From the NCBI RefSeq assembly GCF_006345805.1, contig NC_043000.1, positions 123,442,001 through 123,506,000 of the forward strand: DNA of 64,000 nt. The letters are read 5' to 3'. Positions within the stretch are counted from its first letter, which is position 1, and every line of letters starts with the position of its first letter. The notes under the pieces were generated by a model. It was not told the origin of the DNA, did not search any database, and worked only from the letters and a program-made list of their open reading frames with translations. Shown one piece after another: positions 49,669-60,512 of this stretch. The DNA comes from Octopus sinensis (Eukaryota). The position numbers and the translations under genes are program-made.

Positions 49669-51591
49669 CGAAAAACAAAAAGAGATAATGGAGGAAGGCA
49701 ATATTCTCCCGATATCGTAAACCTTGCCATCCATTATAAATTCATCTGGACCAAGAAAATCCAAGTGCTGCTGCAGCCAGTCACAGTTTGGGAATAAATT
49801 CAACAGAAAATTTATGGAAATGAGTGACCCTGAGTATTCAACAAAAGAAATCCAGGAAACTGTGTGAATGGAATGATTATATGGCAAAAAGAAGGGAACA
49901 GATGAAGCTTAATGTGATAATCAAATTTTTAGATTCAGTGCTTCATAGATTTTATTCCAGTTTCAGAAGTGTAGGTTATTCAACCAAGTATTAGTACCAA
50001 GTAATATTATTATTCCATTTTATTGAAAACTAGCACTATGACCCGGCAACACCAGGTCAGAGTGCTAGTGCATGCATATACAGCTGCGTGCATGCACACA
50101 TACATGCGAGTACTGTCCATATCTCCGACCAATCACATACAGCTTGCTGGCATTCAATTGGCGTATCAAGTTTCAGGCATTTTGATTGGGTTTTGGATAG
50201 AAAATTCACCAAAATGTCACTTCTATCGATTTTTTAATGGCTTTATGGGGTGACTGGGGAAATGTAAAGATGTGCACAACCACCTTTGGACAGTTTTGAA
50301 TGACCATAGAAAGTGCGAGCCCTCTAACTGAAAAATTGTGGATTTGTATAAAGGATACACACACACACATTTTGCCGTTTATATATAGAGAGATATGTTT
50401 CTGTTTTTTTAATTAAATGACATTTTTGTGTTGTCATTGATAATGGTTAATTGCTTGTACTTAAATAATAACTCATTGAATTCTTCCTGCCTGATGTTTT
50501 GGTTGGAATGGATCATGATGTTTTATCAGTGTGTTGCTTTTCATTTTCTGCCTTTGACTAGGTTATCTGGTCAGTCCACTTTTATCTCCTTTGTCAGTTT
50601 GGACAGACAATATACTTTGAGCAATTGTAGTTATGTCTTTGTCACATAACAGGATTGGCCTACATGTATTGTACCACTTATTCTCAAAGGTTTTATATGG
50701 AAGTATCTATCAATAAATCAATATATTTCGTCTTTTCAAGGACTGACTTACTTAAAATGATTTGGTTCTTCATTGCTAAATATGCATAGTAACAGTTAAC
50801 CTCTTTTTTTTAACTAGTAGAGGTTTTTTTTCTTTTTTTTTGAGACCTTAATGATTTTACTTTACGTTATTCATTACTTTTTTTTTTTTTATTAGACATT
50901 GATTTTTATGCAGCTAAATTTAGACCTTTCTTTTCTATCTTTAGTAGTAGACATTTGAGTCAGTGTTCTTTTATCTTTTACTGTGGCCATGCTGGGGCAC
51001 CACCTCAAAGAATTTGTAACTGAACAAATTGACCCCTCCCAATACTTGTTCTTGAGTCTGGTAACTATTCTATTGGTCTCTTTTATCAAACTGCTAAGTT
51101 ACAGGGATATAAACACACCAACACTGGATGTTAAGTGGTGATGGTGGTGGACAAGCACAGGAACAAGGATACCCACACACTCATAGATATAGATTTATAG
51201 ATTCATTGCTTCATAGATTTTTTTGTTCAGTCAACCATGTCGCTTGATACTAACACTTATTTTCAACGTAGCAGGGAACCTACAAAAATTTCTAAGACCA
51301 GTCATGTGACTATCCGCTACCAATCAAGTCCTATTCAAAACATACTAATTTGAACCATGAACTCCCTATAAAAATAAGACAAGCTTCAAAAATTCTAATC
51401 AGAAGCAAGACAGTTGTGACATAAGCCACGTCTTTCTATTTCAACTTTTTTGAAAATGAGTGTAAACTGTTAAACGGATTAAATCTTTAAATATAATGAG
51501 AAAATATTCATACTTTTCTCAGTGCATTTTCAACTTCTATTTTTCCTATATTTATACCTGTGTAGAATAAGATAACTTTGTTTTATACTCG

Positions 51592-51945
51592 CACACACAC
51601 ACGTATATATATATATACACATACATACACACACACATATATACACAGACACACACATATATATGCACATATATATATATACACACATATATATACACAC
51701 ATACACACACATATATATACACACATACACACACATATATATACACACACACACACACATATATATACACACACACATATATACAATGGGCTTTTTTCAG
51801 CTTCCATCTATCAAATCCATTCACAAGGCTTTGGTTGGCTTGAGGCTATAGTAGTAGACACTTGCTCAATGTGCCATGTGGTAGGACTGAACCTGGAACC
51901 ATATGGTTGGGAAACCACCCTCTTACTACACAGCCACACCCACAC
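51592..51945 (-). mobile_element. SINE-B 5' half plus compound (TA)/(CA) microsatellite
   Basis: Head at ~51783-51945. Confidence 0.82.
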
Positions 51946-52634
51946 TTCTTTCTTAATTTTTTTTTGTTTTTTTGTGGATTTCATCTTCATCTAGTCTAGA
52001 GAGTCTCCTTAATGCATTATATGTACCTTATTGTGAGTCATTTGGTTGATGGAAACTGAAAATAAGCCTGTCATATATGTGTGTATTACTGTCTCCTTGC
52101 CTTAATTTTATATGATGGTTGCCGACGTGGATCTCTGTCAAACAAGTGGTGTCCGTTTCTAATCTTCCTTGAAAAACGTGTAACCGTGGGAAAATTATGA
52201 CCTTACTGAGAAACAGATGACATGAAGGGCATTTGACCTTAATAAAATCTGCCACAACAAATTCCATTCAGCCCATGTGAACATGGATAAGTAGACATTA
52301 GAATTATAATAATAACGTTTCTATAGAAAGAAAAGTCTTTATATGTATATATATATATAAAATTAGAGATAAAACCACTATTAGGCAAATCAAACAGTGA
52401 AAGGCATAAACCAAATCATAAAAATAAATATAATTAATATACAAAATAAACAAAATTTAAAATTTAAATTATTTAAATTTAAAATTTATATTTATATTTA
52501 TAAATTTTTATAGTTTTATATGTTAAAAATTTTTAATTTATAAATTTTTAAACTTTTAATTTTTTAATTAATTAATTTATTGTTATTTTTTTTTTAAACT
52601 ATCAAAAAGTATTAAAAAGTTTAATATAATAAGT

Positions 52635-52940
52635 AGAGTAGCTGTGTGGTAAGTAGCTTGCTTACCAACCACATGGTTCTGGGTTCAGTCCCACTGTGTG
52701 GCACCTTGGGCAAGTGTCTTCTACTATAGCCTCGGGCTGACCAAAGCCTTGTGAGTGGATATTGCTTAGGAGCATTTCTCTCAGCTCCTTATGTTCTGAG
52801 TTCAAATTTTGCTGAGGTTGACTTTCCCTTTCATCCTTTTGAAGTTGATAAAATAAGTACCAATTGAGTACGGGATTCAATGTAATCAAATAACCCTTTT
52901 CTCTTAAAATCACTGGTCTTGTGATGAAATTTGAAACCAG
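52635..52940 (+). mobile_element. SINE-B head fused to SINE-A body
   Basis: B sequence to GTGAGTGGAT (~52760), then A-type GCTTAGGAGCATTTC...GTTCAAATTT. Confidence 0.75.
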
Positions 52941-52942
<2 letters not shown>

Positions 52943-52974
<32 letters not shown>

Positions 52975-53333
52975 TAGTTTTATTTTTATAGCGTGCTTTC
53001 ACTTCACTACTGAGGGCAGCTCAGTGTGCTTTGGGTATGTGTTGTGGTTTTCTGTGATGCTCTTATGGTTACTGTATTGAAAGTGTTCTGCGTAGGATGT
53101 GTGCAGTGCCCAGCAGTGCAATTTTCTGTATGTTATATATATTTTTAAGTCCTGGTGTTTTTGTTATGTATCTGTCTGAATATTTTTTTATCATACCTCA
53201 TGCACCTACAATGATAGGAATTGTTTCTGTTTTTAGATTCCACATTAGAGTTACCTGTATTTCCAGGTCTTTGTATTTTGAAAGTTTCTCCATTTCTTTC
53301 AGAGAAACATTGTCATCTGCTGGCATTGATACA
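52943..53333 (-). mobile_element. R4/Dong-like (RLE) LINE 3' fragment, copy 1
   Basis: VSMPADDNVSLKEMEKLSKYKDLEIQVTLMWNLKTETIPIIVGA*G...IQKIALLGTAHILRRTLSIQ* (53069-53332); (TAA)n tail. Confidence 0.85.
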
Positions 53334-53376
53334 TATTATTATTATTATATTATTATTATTATTATTATTATTATTA

Positions 53377-53590
53377 AGGCAGCGAGCTGGCAGAATCATT
53401 AGCATGCTGGACGAAATGCTTAGCAGTATTTCGCCTGTCACTACGTTCTGAGTTCAAATTCCGCCAAGGTCAACTTTGCCTTTCATCCTTTTGGGGTTGA
53501 TAAATTGAGTACCAGTGAAACACTGGAGTCGATATAATCAATTAACCCCCTCCTCCAGATTTCAGGCCTTGTGCCTATAATAGAAAGGAT
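53377..53590 (+). mobile_element. SINE-A variant
   Basis: A head and central domain with alternative 3' end CAGGCCTTGTGCCTATAATAGAAAG. Confidence 0.8.
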
Positions 53591-53604
53591 TATTATTCCT
53601 TCAT

Positions 53605-53885
53605 AACAGAGTGTAGGTAAAAATGCACTGGATTCTTTTGTCATCTGTTGTCACAACAAGGACCTGAGACAGATAATACTTTCCTTAAGATGTGCGCTAT
53701 GCCCAATAAGGCTGCTTTTTGCAAAACATCGATCTTGCATGGGATTTCCAGTTGCCTCAAGAAGCCTTGAAGTTTCAATGGGATTGAGCCCAATGCTCCG
53801 ATCACCACTTGTATCACTTTTACATTACCCTCTCGCATTCCATAGTCTTGCCATTTCCACTTTCATTTCAGAGTACTTGGTGATT
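53605..53885 (-). mobile_element. R4/Dong-like (RLE) LINE 3' fragment, copy 2 (different subfamily)
   Basis: YSEMKVEMARLW..EGNVKVIQVVIGALGSIPLKL...LQKAALLGIAHILRKVLS. Confidence 0.8.
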
Positions 53886-54135
53886 TTTTTCAACCTCTTT
53901 ACTCACAACATCATTATTTTACCATTATGATCCTCATTATCATTACTATTCTAAGAGATGTATAGCAAATTTGGTGTATCAGGAAAAATGCCTGCCTGTA
54001 TTCTCTTAGCTACTGTTTTATTCTGAATTCAAAGTCCATCAAATCAACTTTGTTTTTAAGGTTTCACTGAGTTCAGTACAATAAACTCCATTCAGCTGTT
54101 GACAATCCAGATCATTGACAAATCCTCAGTATACC

Positions 54136-54368
54136 TATTTCTTTATTACCCACAAGCGGCTAAACACAGAGAGGACAAACAAGGACAGACAAAGGGATTA
54201 AGTCGATTATATCGACCCCAGTGCGTAACTGATACTTAATTTATTGACCCCAAAAGGATGAAAGGCAAAGTTGACCTCGGCAGAATTTGATCTCAGAATG
54301 TAGCGGCAGACGAAATACTGCTAAGCATTTCGCCCAGTGTACTAATGATTCTGCCAGCTCACCGCCTT
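54136..54368 (-). mobile_element. SINE-A monomer with 15-bp TSD
   Basis: AATCCTCAGTATACC at 54121-54135 and 54369-54383; CpG-decayed. Confidence 0.92.
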
Positions 54369-55289
54369 AATCCTCAGTATACCATTGTCCAATCATCTGG
54401 GCAGTTACTGCTTGGGTGAATGGAATGGAGCGCTCTCATAGTCAGGTGATTAGCCTTGGCTATTAGCACCAAAGTGGGATTCAAACTCATTTACATAAAG
54501 GCCCAGAACAGATACCAAAAAGCTTCCCATCCACTTCTTTTACAATTCAACAAATCCACTTATCCCTATACTGGTACTTTATTTATCTTGCACAGAACAG
54601 TGGGATTTGAACTTATAACACAAAGAGCTTGAAGTAACATGAGGTGTTGCATCTGACACTCGAACAACTCTGCCAGTTTTCTGTCCTTTATTTAAAAAAT
54701 AAATAACATTCATGCATTTGTAGTTATTGCTTTGACTACACACACACACACACACCCACTCCTACCAACTTTATTTTGTGGCCAATGTTGCAATTTTTCC
54801 TTTATTCACTTATTATTTTTTTACAGGTTAGACTGGTTTCTTTGATTTCATTGGTTACACATTGTTCATTTTCCATAGAAGTATAATAATAAAGGGAGAA
54901 CTAGAGCATAGACAGCATATATTAAAGGCCAGCAATGAATCACATAAATCTAGTTTCTGTAGTTTTATAAAGCTGGATAGATTTATATATGGTTTTAGGT
55001 ACTTCAGTTAACAGCAGGTCATCTGATATAACTGACAGGAAAAGATTGTAAAATGACTGAAAATGGTTGAGTACCAGATTAAATACTTTGTAGTAATGAG
55101 CTGTGTTATATCAGAGTAGTAAATTACTAAAAAGACTACATGTCTGGGTGAACCTTGAAATATTCAGCCATATCAAGGCAATGAGCTGGTAAAATTGTTA
55201 GGGGGTCAGAAAAACGTTAGCACGTCGGGCAAAACGTTCTGAGTTCAAATTCCGCCGAGGTCAACTTTGCCTTTCATCCTTTTGGGGTG

Positions 55290-55485
55290 AAATGCTCTAT
55301 GTTTCTTTCAATTAATTTTAAATATAACAAAGAATTTAGTAAAATAACTTAGTTATCATTAAGCTAGTGTCAGCAACATAAATTGTGACTAAGGTTTAGT
55401 GGAAGATTTTAATTGAAAACTTATAAAAACAAGACATTTGTATTCAGAACCAGAGCCAGTTTCAGCCTGGCTGGTAACGAAAGGG
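55290..55485. mobile_element. TTAA MITE family 2, one end truncated
   Basis: Reverse complement of 48718-48940; ends GTAACGAAAGGG-TTAA. Confidence 0.82.
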
Positions 55486-56197
55486 TTAATCTATCCATTT
55501 CTATGTAAGATTCCTTTTGCAACCACTGTCACTACGGATCTATGAGAACCAGTTGTTTCTCTTAACTGATAATCAATGTTGGAAAGTAATTTTTCAGCAG
55601 CATGAGACCCTGTTAAATGGAGAGGGGGTCAAAAGCATTTTATGAAAATTTAGTTTAGATCATATAATTTCATTTCATAAACATGGCTTTATCAGAAGAT
55701 GAATCTCCAGTGTGCACTGAATGGGTTCACTACCAAGTTCTGTGAGGCGGAAATGAGAATTAATATTGTAAAGAATGACACATTGGTCCTCTCGAGAAGA
55801 CTGATGTGTCAGTCCTTGCAACATTAATTCTCAAACGCACAGTGTGTGTGTGTGTCTTTGTGTTCGTTCCCCATCTCTACTTGACAACTGGTGATGCTTC
55901 ATTTATGTCCTTGTAACTTAGCAGTTCAGCAAAAGAAACCAATAGAATAAGTACTAGACTTAAAAGCCTAAGTACTGAGTGCTCCAGCATGGCCATAGTT
56001 CAATGACTAAAACAAGTAAAAGTAAATTATTTTGTCCTGTGAATAGCCAGCAGTAGTTGGTATACAAAGCAATAGTCTGACAGAAATCAAAGCTATTTTC
56101 TTTGGATTAATTATACACTACCTTGTAGCTTTGAGATTTCAATAACTGTTAATTTTTTTAATGATATTGTAGGTTTGGTGTGATAGGCAGGATCTGA

Positions 56198-56428
56198 CGA
56201 GCTGGCAGAAATGTTAGCACGCCGGGCGAATTGTATAGCCGTATTTCGTCTGCCGTTACGTTCTGAGTTCAAATTCCGCCGAGGTCGACTTTGCCTTTCA
56301 TCCTTTCGGGCTCGATAAATTAAATACCAGTTATGCACTGTGGTCGATGTAATCAACTTAATCCATTTGTTTGTCTTTTTTTGTCCACTCTGTGTTTAGC
56401 CCCTTGTGGGTAGTAAAGAAATAGGTAT
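56198..56428 (+). mobile_element. SINE-A monomer
   Basis: Complete; tail AAAGAAATAGGTATTT. Confidence 0.9.
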
Positions 56429-56644
56429 TTTCTTGCATTGATAAATCCACCTTCCTTTTATTGAACTCAGAATACTAACAACTCTGAGTTCTGTTCCCAC
56501 TATTACTACTCCTACTACTGTTACTTCAGCTACTACAGCTGTTGCCGCTTATTTTCTAAATACTTCAAATTTATATACATCAAAGACTAATAGCAATAAA
56601 TTTCACTTTATTTCATACTTGACACTCTTTTATTTGTCTTGTAG

Positions 56645-56768
56645 AAAATGCCAGAACAATCGAAAATGAAATGAAAAGTTCAATCTCTGCAAATGAAGCA
56701 TCATCAAACAGAAGGGAGATGACACCGCTGAAGAAAGCCAAGGAATTACTTGCATCAAGCAATGTGAA
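56645..56768 (+). CDS. Candidate 124-nt coding exon of unidentified plus-strand gene
   Basis: Acceptor TTTTATTTGTCTTGTAG, donor GAA|GTAAGT; one open frame (E)NARTIENEMKSSISANEASSNRREMTPLKKAKELLASSNV. Confidence 0.6.
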
Positions 56769-56952
56769 GTAAGTGGATCTTAGATTTTATTTGATGTTGG
56801 AGATGTAGAAGCAACCACAAAGTTAATCCTCAGTTGTGGTGTTAGGTAAAATATTACGACTGTGTTACAATAAAATGTGAAAGAAGTATTAGTAAAACGT
56901 TACAATAAAAGATTTGGGTAAATATTAATGGTATTATATTTATGTGTTAAGG

Positions 56953-57190
56953 GCTGCGAGCTGGCAGAAATGTTAGCACGCCAGGCAAAATGCTTTTGGG
57001 TATTTCATCCACCGCTGCGTTCTGAGTTCAAATTCCGCCGAGGTCGACTTTGCCTTTCATCCTTTTGGGGTCAATAAATTAAGTACCAGTTATGCACTGG
57101 GGTCGATGTAATCGACTTAATCCATTTATCTGTCCTTGTTTGTCCCGCCTGTGTTTAGCTCCTTGTGGGTAGTAAAGAAATAGGTATTAT
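56953..57190 (+). mobile_element. SINE-A monomer
   Basis: Complete; tail AAAGAAATAGGTATT. Confidence 0.9.
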
Positions 57191-57357
57191 GTTTATGTGT
57201 TTGTTTTGCAAGATTCCTGTGAAATCATTTGAGAACAGATATTGTTATATTAGGAGAGGGTCATATTTTTGCCAATTAACTCCCCCCCCCCACACACACA
57301 CACACACTATATACTTGGTTTTCACTTTTGCTTTATTATTACTATTCTTATCTTAGT

Positions 57358-58163
57358 CATCATCATCGTTTAACGTTCGTTTTCCATGCTAGCATGGGTT
57401 GGACGATTTGATTGAGGACTGGCGAACCAGATGGCTGCACCAGGCTCCAATCTAATCTGGCAGAGTTTCTACAGCTGGATGCCCTTCCTAATGCCAACCA
57501 CTCTGAGAGTGTAGTGGGTGCTTTTACGTGCCACCGGTACGAGGGTCAGTCAGGCGGCACTGGCAACGGCCACGTTCAAATGGTGTCTTTTACATGCCAC
57601 CTGCACAGGAGCCAGTCCAGCGGCACTGGCAATGACCTCACTCAAATGTTTTTTCACATGCCACCGGCACAAGTGCCAGTAAGGCGATGCTGATAACGAT
57701 CACGCTTAAATGGTGCTTTTTACATGACACCAGCCTGGAAGCCAGTTAGCTGCTCTGGCAATGATCATGCACGGATAGTGCTCGTAGGGCTCCAGTAGCA
57801 CGGATGCCATTCATCGAATTTGATTTCGATTTCACTTGCCTCAACAGGTCTTTGCAAGCAGAGTTTAGTGTCCAATGAAGGAAAGGTACACACAAGTGGG
57901 CTGGTTACACCCCTGGCATAGGCCACGAGGTTATGGTCTCACTTGGCTTGCCGGGTCTTCTCAAGCACAGTATATTTCCAAAGGTCTCAGTCACTAGCAT
58001 CAGATGTAGTGTGCAAGAGAGGCGACTGCGCTGGTATGGTCATGAGAATGGATGAGGATAGCTGTGTGAAAAAGTGCCACACCCTAGCGGTTGAGGGAAC
58101 CTATGGAAGAGGTAGACCCAGGAAGACCTGGGATGAGATTGTGAAGCATGACCCTCAAACACT
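57358..58163 (-). mobile_element. RTE insertion with inverted 5' segment
   Basis: 3' UTR on minus (57358-57997), ORF2 C-terminal piece on plus (57996-58163: QERRLRWYG..MDEDSCVKKCHTLAVEGTYGRGRPRKTW). Confidence 0.85.
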
Positions 58164-58281
58164 CAAATTAATAGAAAACGGAATCTCAAGAGCAATGAAA
58201 CTGGACATCACACAACTCAGAACTCCATAAAAGAAAAACAAAGAAAACATCAGTTCTATATTTAAGAGATGAGGAATTATG

Positions 58282-58433
58282 TACATTATTTACATTCGAC
58301 GGATATTTGTCCTCATCTTGTTTGTTGTTAACACGTTTCAGCTGATATACCCGGCTGGAGGGTATATCAGCCGAAACATTGTGTTAACAACAAACAAGAT
58401 GAGGACAAATATCTGTTGAATGTAAATAATGTA
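58282..58433. repeat. ~70-bp-arm near-perfect palindrome, probably inverted Penelope pseudo-LTRs
   Basis: Arms 58282-58352 and 58360-58433, 7-nt loop; contains GGCTG..CAGCC-GAAAC. Confidence 0.85.
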
Positions 58434-58439
58434 AATAAA

Positions 58440-58808
58440 GGAAACATAATCCCATTCATAAACACACAAAACACTGGAGTTAGCAACATGTTTCAAATTA
58501 TACAAACTTACCAATAGTCCTACAAACCCCCAAAATGGGAAACTTATTAGGCAAATACTGCATAAGAAACAGTAAACGCCAAGAGAAAAACCTAAAAAAA
58601 CAACTGACAAGAGCAAAATTCTCATCAGAGAATGGAACCGAATTCTTTGTGAAAGAATGTGGAAATAGTAGATGTGGGATCTGCAGTAACCCCATCTACA
58701 AATATATAAAGGAAAACAGCCAAATAAAATTTAAGAGTGGGCACACATTCAAAGTAAATGCAAACATGAATTGCAAGAACCAAAACTTAGTATATTGCCT
58801 AACCTGTC
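58440..58808 (+). mobile_element. Penelope-like linker/GIY-YIG N-terminal remnant
   Basis: SKRQEKNLKKQLTRAKF..CGNSRCGIC...FKVNANMNCKNQNLVYCLTC; cut by a SINE-C head at 58809-58857. Confidence 0.8.
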
Positions 58809-59729
58809 TTACGACTGTGAGTCCGCTACCCTAACCACTGGGCCATTGCGCCTCCACGCGTATGTGTGTGTATGTATATATATATGTATGCATATATGTA
58901 TGTATGTTTGTATATATATGTATGTATGTTTGTATATATATGTATATGTATGTATATATGTGTGTATATGTATATATTGAAATACTTTTGAAATACTAAT
59001 GTATAGAAAAATAGAGAAATTTCATTAAACAGCAGAATTGAACTTGGAAAATCTTGTATACATGCTCGAACTAAGACTCTTAAATATTTTAAATGATATT
59101 TTAATTGACAACTGTATATTAAAATCACTTTGTATAAAATCACTTTGATTTATACATTACTCCTAATTAGTACATTATATATTTAACTAGACAGATACGA
59201 TCTAAATAGCTATGATTATATTCTCTCTCTAACTGTACTATTTAATACTTATTGATTTAAGTTATTTGATTTATTTCTATTAGACTATATAAATAATTAA
59301 AATTTTGCTCTATTTTTATCTCCACTTCTTAGTCTATTTCACTTTAACCCACCTATATAAAAAAATTAGTTAGTTAAATCTCTTAGTTTCTTTTACACTA
59401 ATAATTAATTCTGCTAATCCCAAACCTATTATAATATATTGTAATATAATATAATATAGTATAATAATAATATAATTGTTTGGTTTCATTAAAAAACAAT
59501 CCCTTTTTTCTTTCCTTTCTAATGACCTCTCATTGTAACCTGACAATCTATTAATAGTAACATTTATAAATAAAGAAATAAATTGTTGACCCCAGTTCGA
59601 ATTTTGCACCAAGCAAGCTTAGATTTTTCTTATAGTATCAACTTGTGTCCATCCCCTTAGCTTCCCGTTCCCTTCTCTTTGATAGCATTAATAGCAGTAA
59701 CTGATTAAATTCTAGTTCCTTCCTCTTCT

Positions 59730-60180
59730 CTCTGTGATTCTTGTAAATTTCAATAACAATCTGCCCCTCTACAGAATAAGACTGTCATTTTGCTTCTCAT
59801 CCGAATTCCCTGATATTTTCGCATGATTGTACCCAAAATTTCTTCACATAACTGGATTATGAACTATAGGGACATGCACATATTCTGTAAGTTCAAGATT
59901 TTTTATCGGATCTCCAGGAATTGAACTTATCTGTGATTCTGAAATTTCAATAACAATCTGTTCCTCTACATGATGTGACAGTCACTTTGCTTCTTACTCA
60001 GATTTTCCTCTACACGATATGACACTTACTTTGCTTCTTACTCGGATTATCAGAGATTTCGCATGACTGTATCCGAAATTTCTTCACATAACTGGATTAG
60101 CAATTCAATATGAGCTATATATATAGACATGCACAAATTCTGTAAGTTTAAGACCTTCCATCGGATCTCCATGAATCGAA
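59730..60180. repeat. Diverged ~200-250 bp tandem duplication of unclassified sequence
   Basis: CTGTGATTCT..AAATTTCAATAACAATCTG and AAATTTCTTCACATAACTGGATTA each occur twice. Confidence 0.8.
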
Positions 60181-60512
60181 CTTTCTTCAATGCAGTTAAT
60201 CTTACACCCTCATTTGTATCTACCCCTTTTGATGTTTGGGAATTCTCTGATGTTTTTTCAGCTGACGAGTACGAGCCATCTGTATTTACTGCATTTTTTG
60301 TAGCTTTTTTGTAGCTTATTAAAGATGTCCTCGTACGAAACAATTGTACCGAGATTTTAATCCATTCTTGTTGCTTTTTTCATATATATATATATATATA
60401 TATATGCATATATATATATGTATGTATTTATATGTACATGTATCTATGTATATATATGTATGTACATGTATGTATATATATGTATATACTTATATGTATG
60501 TACATGTATGTA

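Larger units (their letters stand above)
48600..49900 (+). pseudogene. Tc1-family transposase fossil carrying two nested insertions
   Basis: With the MITE removed: MWSAESRFNLFSSDG; then TVKHGGFNAMVWG/GCISRKG; HIARIIKE; after the LTR-like insert KIQVL..NSTENLWK. Confidence 0.75.
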
